Source: a virus
DNA: 64,000 nucleotides
IMG/VR virus record: IMGVR_UViG_3300022700_000179
Coordinates: 1 to 64,000 of that record
Strand: one strand, 5' to 3'
The notes under the pieces were generated by a model. The model did not search any database and was not told the origin of the DNA. It worked only from the letters and a program-made list of their open reading frames with translations. Made by a program: the position numbers and the translations under genes. This document shows, piece after piece, positions 45,987 through 55,277 of this stretch. Position 1 is the stretch's first letter; every line of letters begins with the position of its first letter.

Positions 45987-46631
45987 ATGGCTTGTGACTT
46001 CTGCGAGAGTATCCCCCGTAGCTTGGTTGCGGAGTTGAACGATGATCTACGCGAAGGGGATGATTCTGCTGCTGTTCTAGCAGAGAGATATGATACAACT
46101 GTTGAGGCTATCGAAGTTCACGAACGGAATTGCCTATACGCTGACAATGACGGGTACGACGAACTAGATCGTATGATAAAGCAGCTAGATATTGCAGCAT
46201 CTCGTAGCATGCGTACTTATAAGGAGAATAGTAAAAATTTCGAGGCTATGGACCATTTCATAGCTCTTACTAAAGAAAAACGTGCTGCTATTGTGGCCAA
46301 AGAGCGTTTACGGCCATCTGACGAGTTTGTCAAGGAGATAGCTACTAAGATTCTGTCACCTCTGATAAAGCGAATAATAATAGTCAACACGGAGGAGGTT
46401 GAACGTCTTAGAACCGCATTGTTCTCTATTACAGACGCTCGGATACACAAGAAGATCGATCGAGCACTGAAGGACTCATTGCGCAATTCAGGTAGGAGAT
46501 TAGCGTTGGAGTGTGACGCACTGCTTCCAACCCTCCAGAAGATATTCAATGCGCAAGAGTCTACTGTAAAGGATTTGGGGCTCGATGGTGAGGCAAGTCA
46601 AGAAGACACAGCGGATCCAAAACTAAACTAG
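45987..46631 (+). CDS. HTH/helical protein, candidate small terminase subunit
   Basis: CxxC + HTH (VLAERYDTTVEAIEVH) then long helices; upstream of TerL. Confidence 0.45.
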   Translation: MACDFCESIPRSLVAELNDDLREGDDSAAVLAERYDTTVEAIEVHERNCLYADNDGYDELDRMIKQLDIAASRSMRTYKENSKNFEAMDHFIALTKEKRAAIVAKERLRPSDEFVKEIATKILSPLIKRIIIVNTEEVERLRTALFSITDARIHKKIDRALKDSLRNSGRRLALECDALLPTLQKIFNAQESTVKDLGLDGEASQEDTADPKLN

Positions 46632-46745
46632 CAACAGTTCCCTCCATTTAACCGCGCCGACCCGAAACTCACAGGGAAAACATAGTTGTATATGCTGTAA
46701 ACTGGGTTGCAGACACCCTTTAGTTTGCAGGAAAGGAGCACACCT

Positions 46746-47723
46746 ATGAAAAAATCAGTGTTCAGCTTGTTGGCTTTTTACTTAATCTCTTTTTTAGGCC
46801 TGTCTGGTGTACTTGCGGATAGGGCTTCCCAGAAAAGTAGTAACTACAGTAAACTACATAAGTCGTTTTATGTAGAATCGGGTCGTACTTTGTCTTTACC
46901 CGATCCGTTGCTGAACCTGAAAAAGAAGATCCCGGAAGACGTAGTCTCTTCAGAAGAATACAAAGAGACTCGAAAAGCCCGAATTGCAGACCTAGTCGTT
47001 TCTCTTAAAGCAATCGAGGACCGTGGTGTACGGTTGCGCGATAAAGATCGTATTAAAATAGCGGACGCTGCTCTGCATGCTGAGGAGAGGACCGGGGTTG
47101 ACGCTGTGGTGATGCTGGCGGTTGGGCGTATGGAGTCTGACTTCCGGGGTCTGATGTTGCTAAATACCAGGTGTAAAGCAGGATTGCAGTTTAAGGGGTG
47201 CTTTGCTGATTGCGGTATGACGCAGCACCACGTACGCGGGGATAGGGGTAAGGTTATTCGTTATTGCAAAAAACTGAATCGTAATCCCAGACTCTCATTC
47301 TTGAAGAGCGCACAAGAAATAGCCCGGCATGTAAAGTGGTGTCTGGCCCGAAAACACCAAAAATGGCATCTGCCCCTGCGACGGTGTGTGCTAAATCGCT
47401 ACAACCAAGGGTATCGCTATAAGACTATTAGGCGTTGCCGTAAGCGGGTGTGGGATTACTACCATACCTCTAGAGCTTTAGGTGATTCTTGGAAAGAGCG
47501 TCGATTCCCATGCAAGTACTTACGCAGAGTACGCAACCAGAGCAAACCCGATTGGTACTCAGAGACTAAGAAATGCACTCGTACCCTTCGTAGATGTGTT
47601 TCTAGGGCCGCCTATTGGAAGAAGCTCACTTGTTTCGAGTATGGTGCACGTAATAAGGCACGGTTAAAAAAAAGCTGCCGTCGTTGCTATAGTATTCCCA
47701 AAATAAGTACGGATTACTACTAG
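46746..47723 (+). CDS. lytic transglycosylase (SLT-like) with signal/anchor, candidate endolysin
   Basis: VMLAVGRMESDF, GMTQ, RYNQG; N-terminal hydrophobic segment. Confidence 0.7.
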   Translation: MKKSVFSLLAFYLISFLGLSGVLADRASQKSSNYSKLHKSFYVESGRTLSLPDPLLNLKKKIPEDVVSSEEYKETRKARIADLVVSLKAIEDRGVRLRDKDRIKIADAALHAEERTGVDAVVMLAVGRMESDFRGLMLLNTRCKAGLQFKGCFADCGMTQHHVRGDRGKVIRYCKKLNRNPRLSFLKSAQEIARHVKWCLARKHQKWHLPLRRCVLNRYNQGYRYKTIRRCRKRVWDYYHTSRALGDSWKERRFPCKYLRRVRNQSKPDWYSETKKCTRTLRRCVSRAAYWKKLTCFEYGARNKARLKKSCRRCYSIPKISTDYY

Positions 47724-47796
47724 CTGTCGTAGACGGTCCTCTGTTAGGTACCCACCCACCTTTTCCTCTTTTTCTTTCTTCAAATCGGATAATTAA

Positions 47797-47814
47797 GGTT
47801 ACTTTATAGTGTGG
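47797..47814 (+). promoter_or_regulatory. candidate late-promoter motif
   Basis: GGTTACTTTATAGTGTGG. Confidence 0.45.
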
Positions 47815-47865
47815 TGCCATTCTCACCACCTGGTGTAGTAGTTTGTTGTATTAAACCGGGTATTC

Positions 47866-48270
47866 GTGGTCGTAGCCTTGTTGTACCACTTCTTCATAAC
47901 AATGGCTAAGTCGATCCCTCAGCCAATAGACTGGGGAATTGGTCTAAGTCTGCTCAGTTTACTTGTTTCGGTAATTGTGACCTTTATAATACTGATCCTT
48001 AAGAAGAAAAGTAGAGTAGAAGAGGAGCTGAGAAAGGCACAATTTAGCGCGTTAGAGAAGGACATATCTAATGTACTCCATACCTGTGCACGGCTGGAGG
48101 ATCAACTGAAATCTGTCGAGAGCGAGTTTAAAAGTCATTATGGCGGCTGCTCGAAGAAATTCGTATTGAAGGACGTCTATTCTGAGGTTCTACGCGCACA
48201 ACGTGAAGAAGTGCAAGATATAAAGAAGATGTTGACCCAGCAATCGGATGTAATCGAAAAGTTAAGGTAA
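47866..48270 (+). CDS. membrane protein with coiled coil (holin/spanin-like)
   Basis: TM GLSLLSLLVSVIVTFIILIL next to the lysin. Confidence 0.55.
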   Translation: MVVALLYHFFITMAKSIPQPIDWGIGLSLLSLLVSVIVTFIILILKKKSRVEEELRKAQFSALEKDISNVLHTCARLEDQLKSVESEFKSHYGGCSKKFVLKDVYSEVLRAQREEVQDIKKMLTQQSDVIEKLR

Positions 48271-48283
48271 GGAGAATGGTGCA

Positions 48284-48793
48284 ATGGATGAGGCTAGAAA
48301 CACTGGGAACTCTACATTTCCCGCGGCAGTTGACTTGTCTGAGCTAGATGAACTGGTAGATGATGAGTTGGGGCTGGAGCCATCATCCACAGCGGATATT
48401 TTAGAAGATTCTGCGGATAAACCATTACCGCGACCGCGTTCTTCCACGGAGTACAGTAAACATTTTGGTACGCAAACCTCTTTAGACCTATGTGAGCATT
48501 GCGATGACTTATGTGATGAGAGCTGTGCTGACGTTAGTAATATTGTCGAAGCAGAATTAGTACATCCATATGACAAAATAATAAAAGAAGAAAAACGCAA
48601 TCATACTACAACAGGCGTTATCCGTATTATGCGCGCAAACGGGGACGACGAAGCAGCAGATTTACTAGAGGAAATACGTGGTCTAACTAATGATGTATCA
48701 AACGTGCTGGATGGGCTCTCTGAATTGCACAAACGGCGTACTGGTAGCTACCCCCGTCTGAGCACTCAAACTAATGATAAAGAATCTAAGTAA
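48284..48793 (+). CDS. acidic hypothetical protein
   Basis: RBS AAGGAG. Confidence 0.65.
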   Translation: MDEARNTGNSTFPAAVDLSELDELVDDELGLEPSSTADILEDSADKPLPRPRSSTEYSKHFGTQTSLDLCEHCDDLCDESCADVSNIVEAELVHPYDKIIKEEKRNHTTTGVIRIMRANGDDEAADLLEEIRGLTNDVSNVLDGLSELHKRRTGSYPRLSTQTNDKESK

Positions 48794-48798
48794 AAGTC

Positions 48799-51291
48799 AT
48801 GCCTAAGTCTGGCAAGAAAGGTAGACAGCCTAGCATCGCTTCGTCGAGTAAGCCTAAGGCTAAGAAGAGAAAGCTAACGGAGTTCGGCTTTTCTCTCGGT
48901 GATAACGATGATGTTAAAATTGCAAAATCTAACCGTACACGTAAAGAGAGCAGCGGTTCTAAACCGAGAAAAGCAGATCAGGAAGAATACCGTAAGCTTG
49001 GGTCTGAGCTAGACAACCTGCTAAATGGTTCGGAGGATAAAACAAGTATTGATACGGTAGAGTCTGGGGGGCTTTTACCTATTCCTGATAAGGAAAATGA
49101 GTCCCCTGATCAAGACAGCAGTAAAAATAGTAGCAATAACGCCGTGTCAACTAACTATTTCGAGTTACTTGGGGATGTCGCTGATGAAGATGACTCAGAC
49201 GAGCTTCTGCCAGATGTAAAGGGCTTAGTTGAGCGCGCTATTTCTGCCGACCTAGACCCCTCCGTATTCTCCGGTTCCAGTTTTCCCGTTGCTTCTAATG
49301 TCATAGAGTTTTGTAGGGATCCAGACTTTTTAGGCTTTTCCGGAGATTTGTACCCACGGCAGGTAGAGATACTAGCGCATTATTTTAAAGATGTTTGCTA
49401 TTTTTGCAGTGACCTTGATTATATCCATAAGGTTCCCGTAAACGACCCAGTTGGCGACGTTTTAGACCGATTTGCACTTCTGCGCTTTGGCGTTTGCCCC
49501 AAATGTAAACGTAATCGGACGGAAATACTTTCTGACTGGATAAATGACCCAAGATTCGGAGAATACAACGATCTTGATCCTAACGTTGCTGCTAGCTTGC
49601 GCCCAGTACCTCCGAATGAGTTTGTTGGGGTGTGGGGACAGCGATCTGGCAAGAGTTATACCGTTGGTACGTTCGCTTTTCCCTATATCTTACATAGGTA
49701 TTTGGCTCTTCCCAATCCTACCAAATATTTTATGGTTCCATCGAATCAAGTACTAGAGGCCACATTTGTAGCCCCTACCCTGCATCAGATTACAAAATAT
49801 GTGTGGACGCCGTTCAGAGAAGCTTTTGCTGCTTCTCCTTGGTTTAAGGAAGTAAGGGAATCACTCCTTTCTGAGGGTAAACGATTAGGTACTACGCTTT
49901 ACCGTGAGGGAGAGCGCTTCATTATATTTCCTGCTAAAAATTTGGCCATTCACATACTAGCTGCGTCCAGTACCGGTCTACGTGGGGCAACGCGGCTGTT
50001 CTGTTCACTAGATGAGCTTGGTTGGTTTAACAGCGACGAGGATGGTAAGAAGCGTGCTGGAATCAAAGATGGGAATGCGGTCTTTGACGCCCTGGACAAC
50101 AGCCTTAATACCGTGCGTTCTCATGCAGACATACGGCGTGAGGACTTGCGTGATTACGACGTACTAGATGGGCATATGTTTAATATATCCAGTCCGTGTA
50201 CAGTTGGCGATCCAATTATGACCAGAGCTGCGCTCGCCCCCAGAGCGCCGAGGATGTTCTATACGCATTATGCCACGTGGGAAGTGAATCCTAAAGAAAA
50301 GGAAGAACGTATCAAAGAACGTATGGCCGGTGACATGGATCGGTTCATGCGGAACTGGGCGGCCATACCTCCACGTGCATTAAGTCCGTTTTTCTCTGAT
50401 TCTAATTTAGTGGCGAGCCTGTCAAGACCATCAGATAAGGATGAAGCACTATTCAACTATTATGTGGAAAATTATGAAATGGAGGGGGAGTCTATTATAA
50501 GGTTACGTCCGCACCTGGCGAATGTGCGCGCTGACCCATACGGTGCCCGGATTTTAGCCGTAGATAATGGTGAAGTGCAGAACTCTTTTGCTTTGTGTGT
50601 CGCAAAATATGACGCGACATTGGACAATTACTATTTTGAAGAGTTTGTAGAAGTGGCTCCGTACCGGGGCCATGTAGTGGATCTTAATTGGTGTTATGAG
50701 AATTTCATTGTTCCATTGGTTAACACTTTCAATTTTCTGCATGTGGCTTTTGACCGGTGGAATTCTTCGCATGCCTACCATGATCTTAAGACGAACCAGG
50801 GTTTCAATGCCACTACTGGAAAAGACGCGGAAATATACACGTTAAAGTGGCCAGATTTTGATGCATTCCGTGAGGATTTGCGAGGAATGCGCTTGTCGTT
50901 CCCGTCTACGGAAACAGTGCCAGATGAGTTACTTTCCATTAAAGATCTGTCGCGTAGGGCTGCAACCCCACGCGCACATATGCTATTGCAACTCACAACT
51001 GTAGAGCAATTTGGTCGAAAAGTGCTGAAACCTAATCAAGGGCAGGATGACCTTTTCCGGGTAGCCGTTTTAGCGCATCGATTCATGCGGAAGTACAAGA
51101 AGCTTTATGCAGAACACAGTATTTCCGCGCGACGTAGAGGCGACTTCCGTTCGGTTGCTATCTTCAGAGGAGCCAGTCGGCCCAATAGTGGCGGCTATAC
51201 TAGCGGCGGTCCTAAATCGGGCAGGTCTGTCGGTGTTACACGACAGCGTAGTGCGGCAATGCCCAGGAGATCGTCTGGAGGAAAATTGTGA
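48799..51291 (+). CDS. terL: terminase large subunit
   Basis: Walker A GQRSGKS, Walker B SLDELG, coupling ISS, nuclease LAVDNG...AFDRWNS...QDD. Confidence 0.88.
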   Translation: MPKSGKKGRQPSIASSSKPKAKKRKLTEFGFSLGDNDDVKIAKSNRTRKESSGSKPRKADQEEYRKLGSELDNLLNGSEDKTSIDTVESGGLLPIPDKENESPDQDSSKNSSNNAVSTNYFELLGDVADEDDSDELLPDVKGLVERAISADLDPSVFSGSSFPVASNVIEFCRDPDFLGFSGDLYPRQVEILAHYFKDVCYFCSDLDYIHKVPVNDPVGDVLDRFALLRFGVCPKCKRNRTEILSDWINDPRFGEYNDLDPNVAASLRPVPPNEFVGVWGQRSGKSYTVGTFAFPYILHRYLALPNPTKYFMVPSNQVLEATFVAPTLHQITKYVWTPFREAFAASPWFKEVRESLLSEGKRLGTTLYREGERFIIFPAKNLAIHILAASSTGLRGATRLFCSLDELGWFNSDEDGKKRAGIKDGNAVFDALDNSLNTVRSHADIRREDLRDYDVLDGHMFNISSPCTVGDPIMTRAALAPRAPRMFYTHYATWEVNPKEKEERIKERMAGDMDRFMRNWAAIPPRALSPFFSDSNLVASLSRPSDKDEALFNYYVENYEMEGESIIRLRPHLANVRADPYGARILAVDNGEVQNSFALCVAKYDATLDNYYFEEFVEVAPYRGHVVDLNWCYENFIVPLVNTFNFLHVAFDRWNSSHAYHDLKTNQGFNATTGKDAEIYTLKWPDFDAFREDLRGMRLSFPSTETVPDELLSIKDLSRRAATPRAHMLLQLTTVEQFGRKVLKPNQGQDDLFRVAVLAHRFMRKYKKLYAEHSISARRRGDFRSVAIFRGASRPNSGGYTSGGPKSGRSVGVTRQRSAAMPRRSSGGKL

Positions 51292-51707
51292 TGACTAGCT
51301 ATGATTTAGTGAGGGGATTGTTAAAGGAAGCCTCTCAACCATTTGGTATAAACAGCGTCAATCGGCTTGTGGGCAATCTCCGAGTGGCGGGTATACCTGA
51401 CACTTTGGATCCTAAAAGTGAGAGAGTAGCTCGGCGTATACTTTCAGAAGCTATTAGTAGACAACAAAAGAAGCTAAGGACTGCAGACGCTGGCAGCACA
51501 AACAGTGCCACAGTAGTCCAATCTTCCAATACTGACGACCATTTTATAGAGATAGACGCCCTTATATCAGAGGGTAAATGCCCACGCTGTAAAACGCATA
51601 TGGTAGATGTAAAATTGGGTGGTTACAACCCTGACACGCGAGCGTACGAGCGTGGTATGTATTGCAAAGCCTGCCGCACGACACTGCCGATGAATTGGGG
51701 TAAGTAG
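51288..51707 (+). CDS. hypothetical protein with C-terminal Zn ribbon
   Basis: CPRC...YCKAC. Confidence 0.65.
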   Translation: MMTSYDLVRGLLKEASQPFGINSVNRLVGNLRVAGIPDTLDPKSERVARRILSEAISRQQKKLRTADAGSTNSATVVQSSNTDDHFIEIDALISEGKCPRCKTHMVDVKLGGYNPDTRAYERGMYCKACRTTLPMNWGK

Positions 51708-51746
51708 CTCCTGCTCTCTACCTAACCAGTGCGCCGAGGTTGCTGA

Positions 51747-54086
51747 ATGTCTATGTTCCGAATTCGATATGATATGACCGAGGGTAGACGGCTGCGCCGA
51801 ATACAAAATCGACATGCCGGATTTATGCGATCACACAGTGGTTCGCCTAAATCGAAAATGCGTCATGGGGCGGCTATGACCAACCTGACAGCACCCATGC
51901 TGGCAGGAGGTGGATTACATCAGAGATACTCCCCAGTATGGGAACGTGCAGAGGATCCAACTCTAGCTGAAGATTTTCTGCCTGCCGATAGTCAAACTCA
52001 AAATAAAATATTTCGTAACTTAATAATGTTTGACGCCATTGCTGGACCAGCAACAGAGTATTGGAAAGATCTGGCGTTTTCACCGAATGTTATATTGAGC
52101 GGGCTGGATGATGATAAGGTACTGCAATTTTACCAAGATGCGTTAGCTGCTAGTGGCATCTTGCCTATGATGCCTTCTTTGCTTTCTGACTACCTTACGT
52201 TTGGTAAGTTTGTGTTTCACATGCTTATGGATGAGAGCAAAGGTTATTGGTATGAGACCATTCCACATGATCTAGATTATGTGAGTATCAAAGTATCCCC
52301 AATACCTAGTATGCCTCCATTAATTGATTACCAGCCTAGCGAGGACCAGCGTGAGTGGGCAACCAGTTCCGATAATCGAGTGGTGGAACAGCGGCGGGAT
52401 ATGGACCCGGTTTTGGTAAACCTTCTCGCGTCTGGGCAGCCGATTCCTTTGGCCCCTGAGAATACCATGTTCCTCCCTAGGATGGTATTTGCAAATGATT
52501 ACTACGGAACGTCTTATCTTACTCGTGTAATGCCTTTCAAGATATATGAGAAAGCTGTTTTAGACGCGTCCATTGCTGGAGCCCGTCGCCGGGCCGGGCC
52601 ACTTTGGCATATTACGGTATGGCCAGATGCATCAGACGATGAAATGTCTGAAATTTTAGATATGTTTTTTGCGGCGGAAGAAGACCCAATTGGGGGCAAG
52701 GTGGTGACCCGTGAAGGAGTTATAGTAAACTCATTAGGCGGAGGTTCTGGAGAATATTGGAAGCTTTCTGACGAGTGGTCTTTTTTATCAGAAGCAAAAA
52801 TGCGGGCGTTGGGAATTTCTGAAACGTTTCTTACAGGCGAAGCAAACTGGAACTCGATGGAGGTTATCCTATCGACGTTCCTCGAGAAGGTTCGTGCTGT
52901 ACGCAACTATTTCACTCAGAAAATTATTCTAGAGAAGATTATATACCAGTTAGCTCAGATGCATGATATCCGTCACCGTTCCGAGGCGGAGTTAGCCCAT
53001 CGTATCCGTACTGGTAAAAAGAGCCGGATTGATAGCCAGCCCGAGTTCAAGCTTCCATCCATTGAATGGGATAAGGCGCTTTCTCCAGTTGCAGATCAAG
53101 ATTATATGGCGATCCTGAACGAGTTGGAAGAGAAGGGATTACCAATTCCGATTCGGATGCGTGCTCAAGTGGCGGGGTTTGATATCGACAAAGCTATGAA
53201 TTCGTTTGAGTCCGATTTGGAGACGCACAAAGAAATATACGAGCATAAAGTTGCGCTTGCTGAACTCAAAAAGCAGTACGGCTTTGATGATTCAGGTCAG
53301 TACACTGGCGGAGGCGGGGAGCTAGGCGGTGGTTTAGGTGAGCTAGGAGGTGGGTTGGGTGAGGGACTTGGTGGACTTGGTGGGGGTGAACTGGGAGGTG
53401 GAGAACTTGGGGGTGGGGGCGAACTTGGTGGAGGTGAACTGGGAGGTGGGGGAGGAGTTGAAGAGGTACCCCCATCGGCACCAGAGGGTGGACTTGAAGG
53501 TTTTGGGGCAGGAACTGAGAAATCTAGATTCCCAGTTAAAAACCAGCACAAGAGGTTTGTTGGTAATACCAGACCACATGTGGTGAACAGCCTACTCGAT
53601 CGAATTGCTTCAGTTCCTATTTGGGACGATCGTAAAGAGCTTTTTGGATTGACGCAGCGTAAGATTGCTAAGATATTAGACCGAATTGATAAAAGTGCTC
53701 CAGATATAGACCACAGAAAACAGTTCGCCAGAAAAGTGTTTTCGAAGCTGAAGAGGAACGAGGGCTTAGATCGTAGGCAAGCACAGGTTGTGCAATATCT
53801 GGCATTTCGTTTGGGATTGGTACCCCCTGTCCCAATTCCAGAAGATGATTTTGAGCCTCTGAATAAGTACTTACTCGACAAGGTCCGTGAGGACGGATTG
53901 AGTAAAGAAATTACAAAAGAGCTGAACTACGTCTCCCGTATTTCAGAGGCATGTGGTAGGGAGCACCCGTATCAAATCAAACATTCGGATTTCAATCCTG
54001 TGCTCACTCGGTTTGACCGGGCCCTTTCCGATAAACAAATTCTCACGGGTCTTACAACCAGTGTTTCTCCTTTTATTAAAGGATAG
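51747..54086 (+). CDS. probable portal protein
   Basis: position after TerL; YGTSYL, ALGISETFLTGE portal-like motifs; Gly-rich linker. Confidence 0.65.
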   Translation: MSMFRIRYDMTEGRRLRRIQNRHAGFMRSHSGSPKSKMRHGAAMTNLTAPMLAGGGLHQRYSPVWERAEDPTLAEDFLPADSQTQNKIFRNLIMFDAIAGPATEYWKDLAFSPNVILSGLDDDKVLQFYQDALAASGILPMMPSLLSDYLTFGKFVFHMLMDESKGYWYETIPHDLDYVSIKVSPIPSMPPLIDYQPSEDQREWATSSDNRVVEQRRDMDPVLVNLLASGQPIPLAPENTMFLPRMVFANDYYGTSYLTRVMPFKIYEKAVLDASIAGARRRAGPLWHITVWPDASDDEMSEILDMFFAAEEDPIGGKVVTREGVIVNSLGGGSGEYWKLSDEWSFLSEAKMRALGISETFLTGEANWNSMEVILSTFLEKVRAVRNYFTQKIILEKIIYQLAQMHDIRHRSEAELAHRIRTGKKSRIDSQPEFKLPSIEWDKALSPVADQDYMAILNELEEKGLPIPIRMRAQVAGFDIDKAMNSFESDLETHKEIYEHKVALAELKKQYGFDDSGQYTGGGGELGGGLGELGGGLGEGLGGLGGGELGGGELGGGGELGGGELGGGGGVEEVPPSAPEGGLEGFGAGTEKSRFPVKNQHKRFVGNTRPHVVNSLLDRIASVPIWDDRKELFGLTQRKIAKILDRIDKSAPDIDHRKQFARKVFSKLKRNEGLDRRQAQVVQYLAFRLGLVPPVPIPEDDFEPLNKYLLDKVREDGLSKEITKELNYVSRISEACGREHPYQIKHSDFNPVLTRFDRALSDKQILTGLTTSVSPFIKG
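53306..53457 (+). repeat. coding low-complexity repeat (GGGEL)n
   Basis: GGGGELGGGLGELGGG... in the portal C-terminal region. Confidence 0.8.
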
Positions 54087-54091
54087 CTAAG

Positions 54092-54535
54092 ATGCAGAAG
54101 AGAATAGCCCAAGATCCTTTGGAAGAATTAGGAGATGCAGGACTAGCAGAATTAGAAGACATCGCTAAGGAGCAAGAGGTACCAGGTGAGCCGGTGCCTG
54201 CTCCCGACGAATCAGAGATGGTCAAGGAAATCTCTGAGCATCCGAGTACAAAATGGCGGGAATATTTACAACCAATTATTCGTGCAATAAAGGCACAGTT
54301 AGGTGGTGTACCTGTATCTTTGGTGGACCCGGACATCTCTAACGACTACGTCTCCCCCCAGTTTGGTTTTAATATTACAGGGTATATCAATTTCCCTAAA
54401 GGTAGACCCGATGATGTAAGGTCGGAGTTTGGGGACTCCCCTATCCGGTTTGAGGTTTATATCGGGCCGCCAGATTACGACATCCATTATCCAGTAGAAC
54501 TCTATAGTGCAGAAGATGTAGTTAACTCTATATAA
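54092..54535 (+). CDS. hypothetical protein
   Basis: 147-aa ORF in head operon. Confidence 0.65.
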   Translation: MQKRIAQDPLEELGDAGLAELEDIAKEQEVPGEPVPAPDESEMVKEISEHPSTKWREYLQPIIRAIKAQLGGVPVSLVDPDISNDYVSPQFGFNITGYINFPKGRPDDVRSEFGDSPIRFEVYIGPPDYDIHYPVELYSAEDVVNSI

Positions 54536-54568
54536 GAGTCTTTTACAAGAGACGGGGATCAGGTTCAA

Positions 54569-54967
54569 ATGCCTAAATGGAATCGTGTATGGCGCAATGT
54601 CAATGATCAGTGTCCACAATCTTGTATAAATTTTACTAATCCGGCTTTACGGCAGCAGTCCGTAGTACTAGATCAGTTTCCGTCTACTGTAGACAATATG
54701 TCGCAAGCTATGCGGATTGTAGCTGAGGGGATTGCTGAACGTGTTGGTGGAAAATCTATTGTTGTTAAGTCCGAATCTGAGCGTATACATGACGTTAGCA
54801 TGCGTCTATCGAGGGATGTAGCTAGTTTGGTTTCTATAAATTTTAGTTTTGGTGCCCAAGCAAACTATCCAGTAGAGGTTACTTATAACTATAGGGATGA
54901 CTCTGGTACCGCTAAATTCGGTGATATAGCTGAGGTGGTAGAATGGCTGGCCGTCCGCTTAAGGTAA
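54569..54967 (+). CDS. hypothetical protein
   Basis: 132-aa ORF. Confidence 0.6.
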   Translation: MPKWNRVWRNVNDQCPQSCINFTNPALRQQSVVLDQFPSTVDNMSQAMRIVAEGIAERVGGKSIVVKSESERIHDVSMRLSRDVASLVSINFSFGAQANYPVEVTYNYRDDSGTAKFGDIAEVVEWLAVRLR

Positions 54968-55194
54968 TGGAAGTCTTGTCCAATTCACCACCAAAAAAGT
55001 TAGTATATAAAGGGCGTACTTACGTTCTTGCTAAGACACGAGAAGACTTAATGTGGGAACAGGTAGAGAGACTTTTGTCTCAAATGTTAAACACGGTCAA
55101 GTCGGATCGTCCTTCGATTAGCAAAAAGAGCGGAGTCGCCGGTACATATCAAGAGCTTAAGGTCTTCCTCAAAGATCTAGGCGTCACGCTCTAG
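54967..55194 (+). CDS. small protein with tag motif
   Basis: PKKLVYKGRTYVLA. Confidence 0.65.
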   Translation: MEVLSNSPPKKLVYKGRTYVLAKTREDLMWEQVERLLSQMLNTVKSDRPSISKKSGVAGTYQELKVFLKDLGVTL

Positions 55195-55277
55195 CTTCAA
55201 CTCACACACCTCTCTGCCGCGACATTATCTGAATTACCAGACTGGTGTGTTGTATACCTGCAACATCAGGAGGTCTC

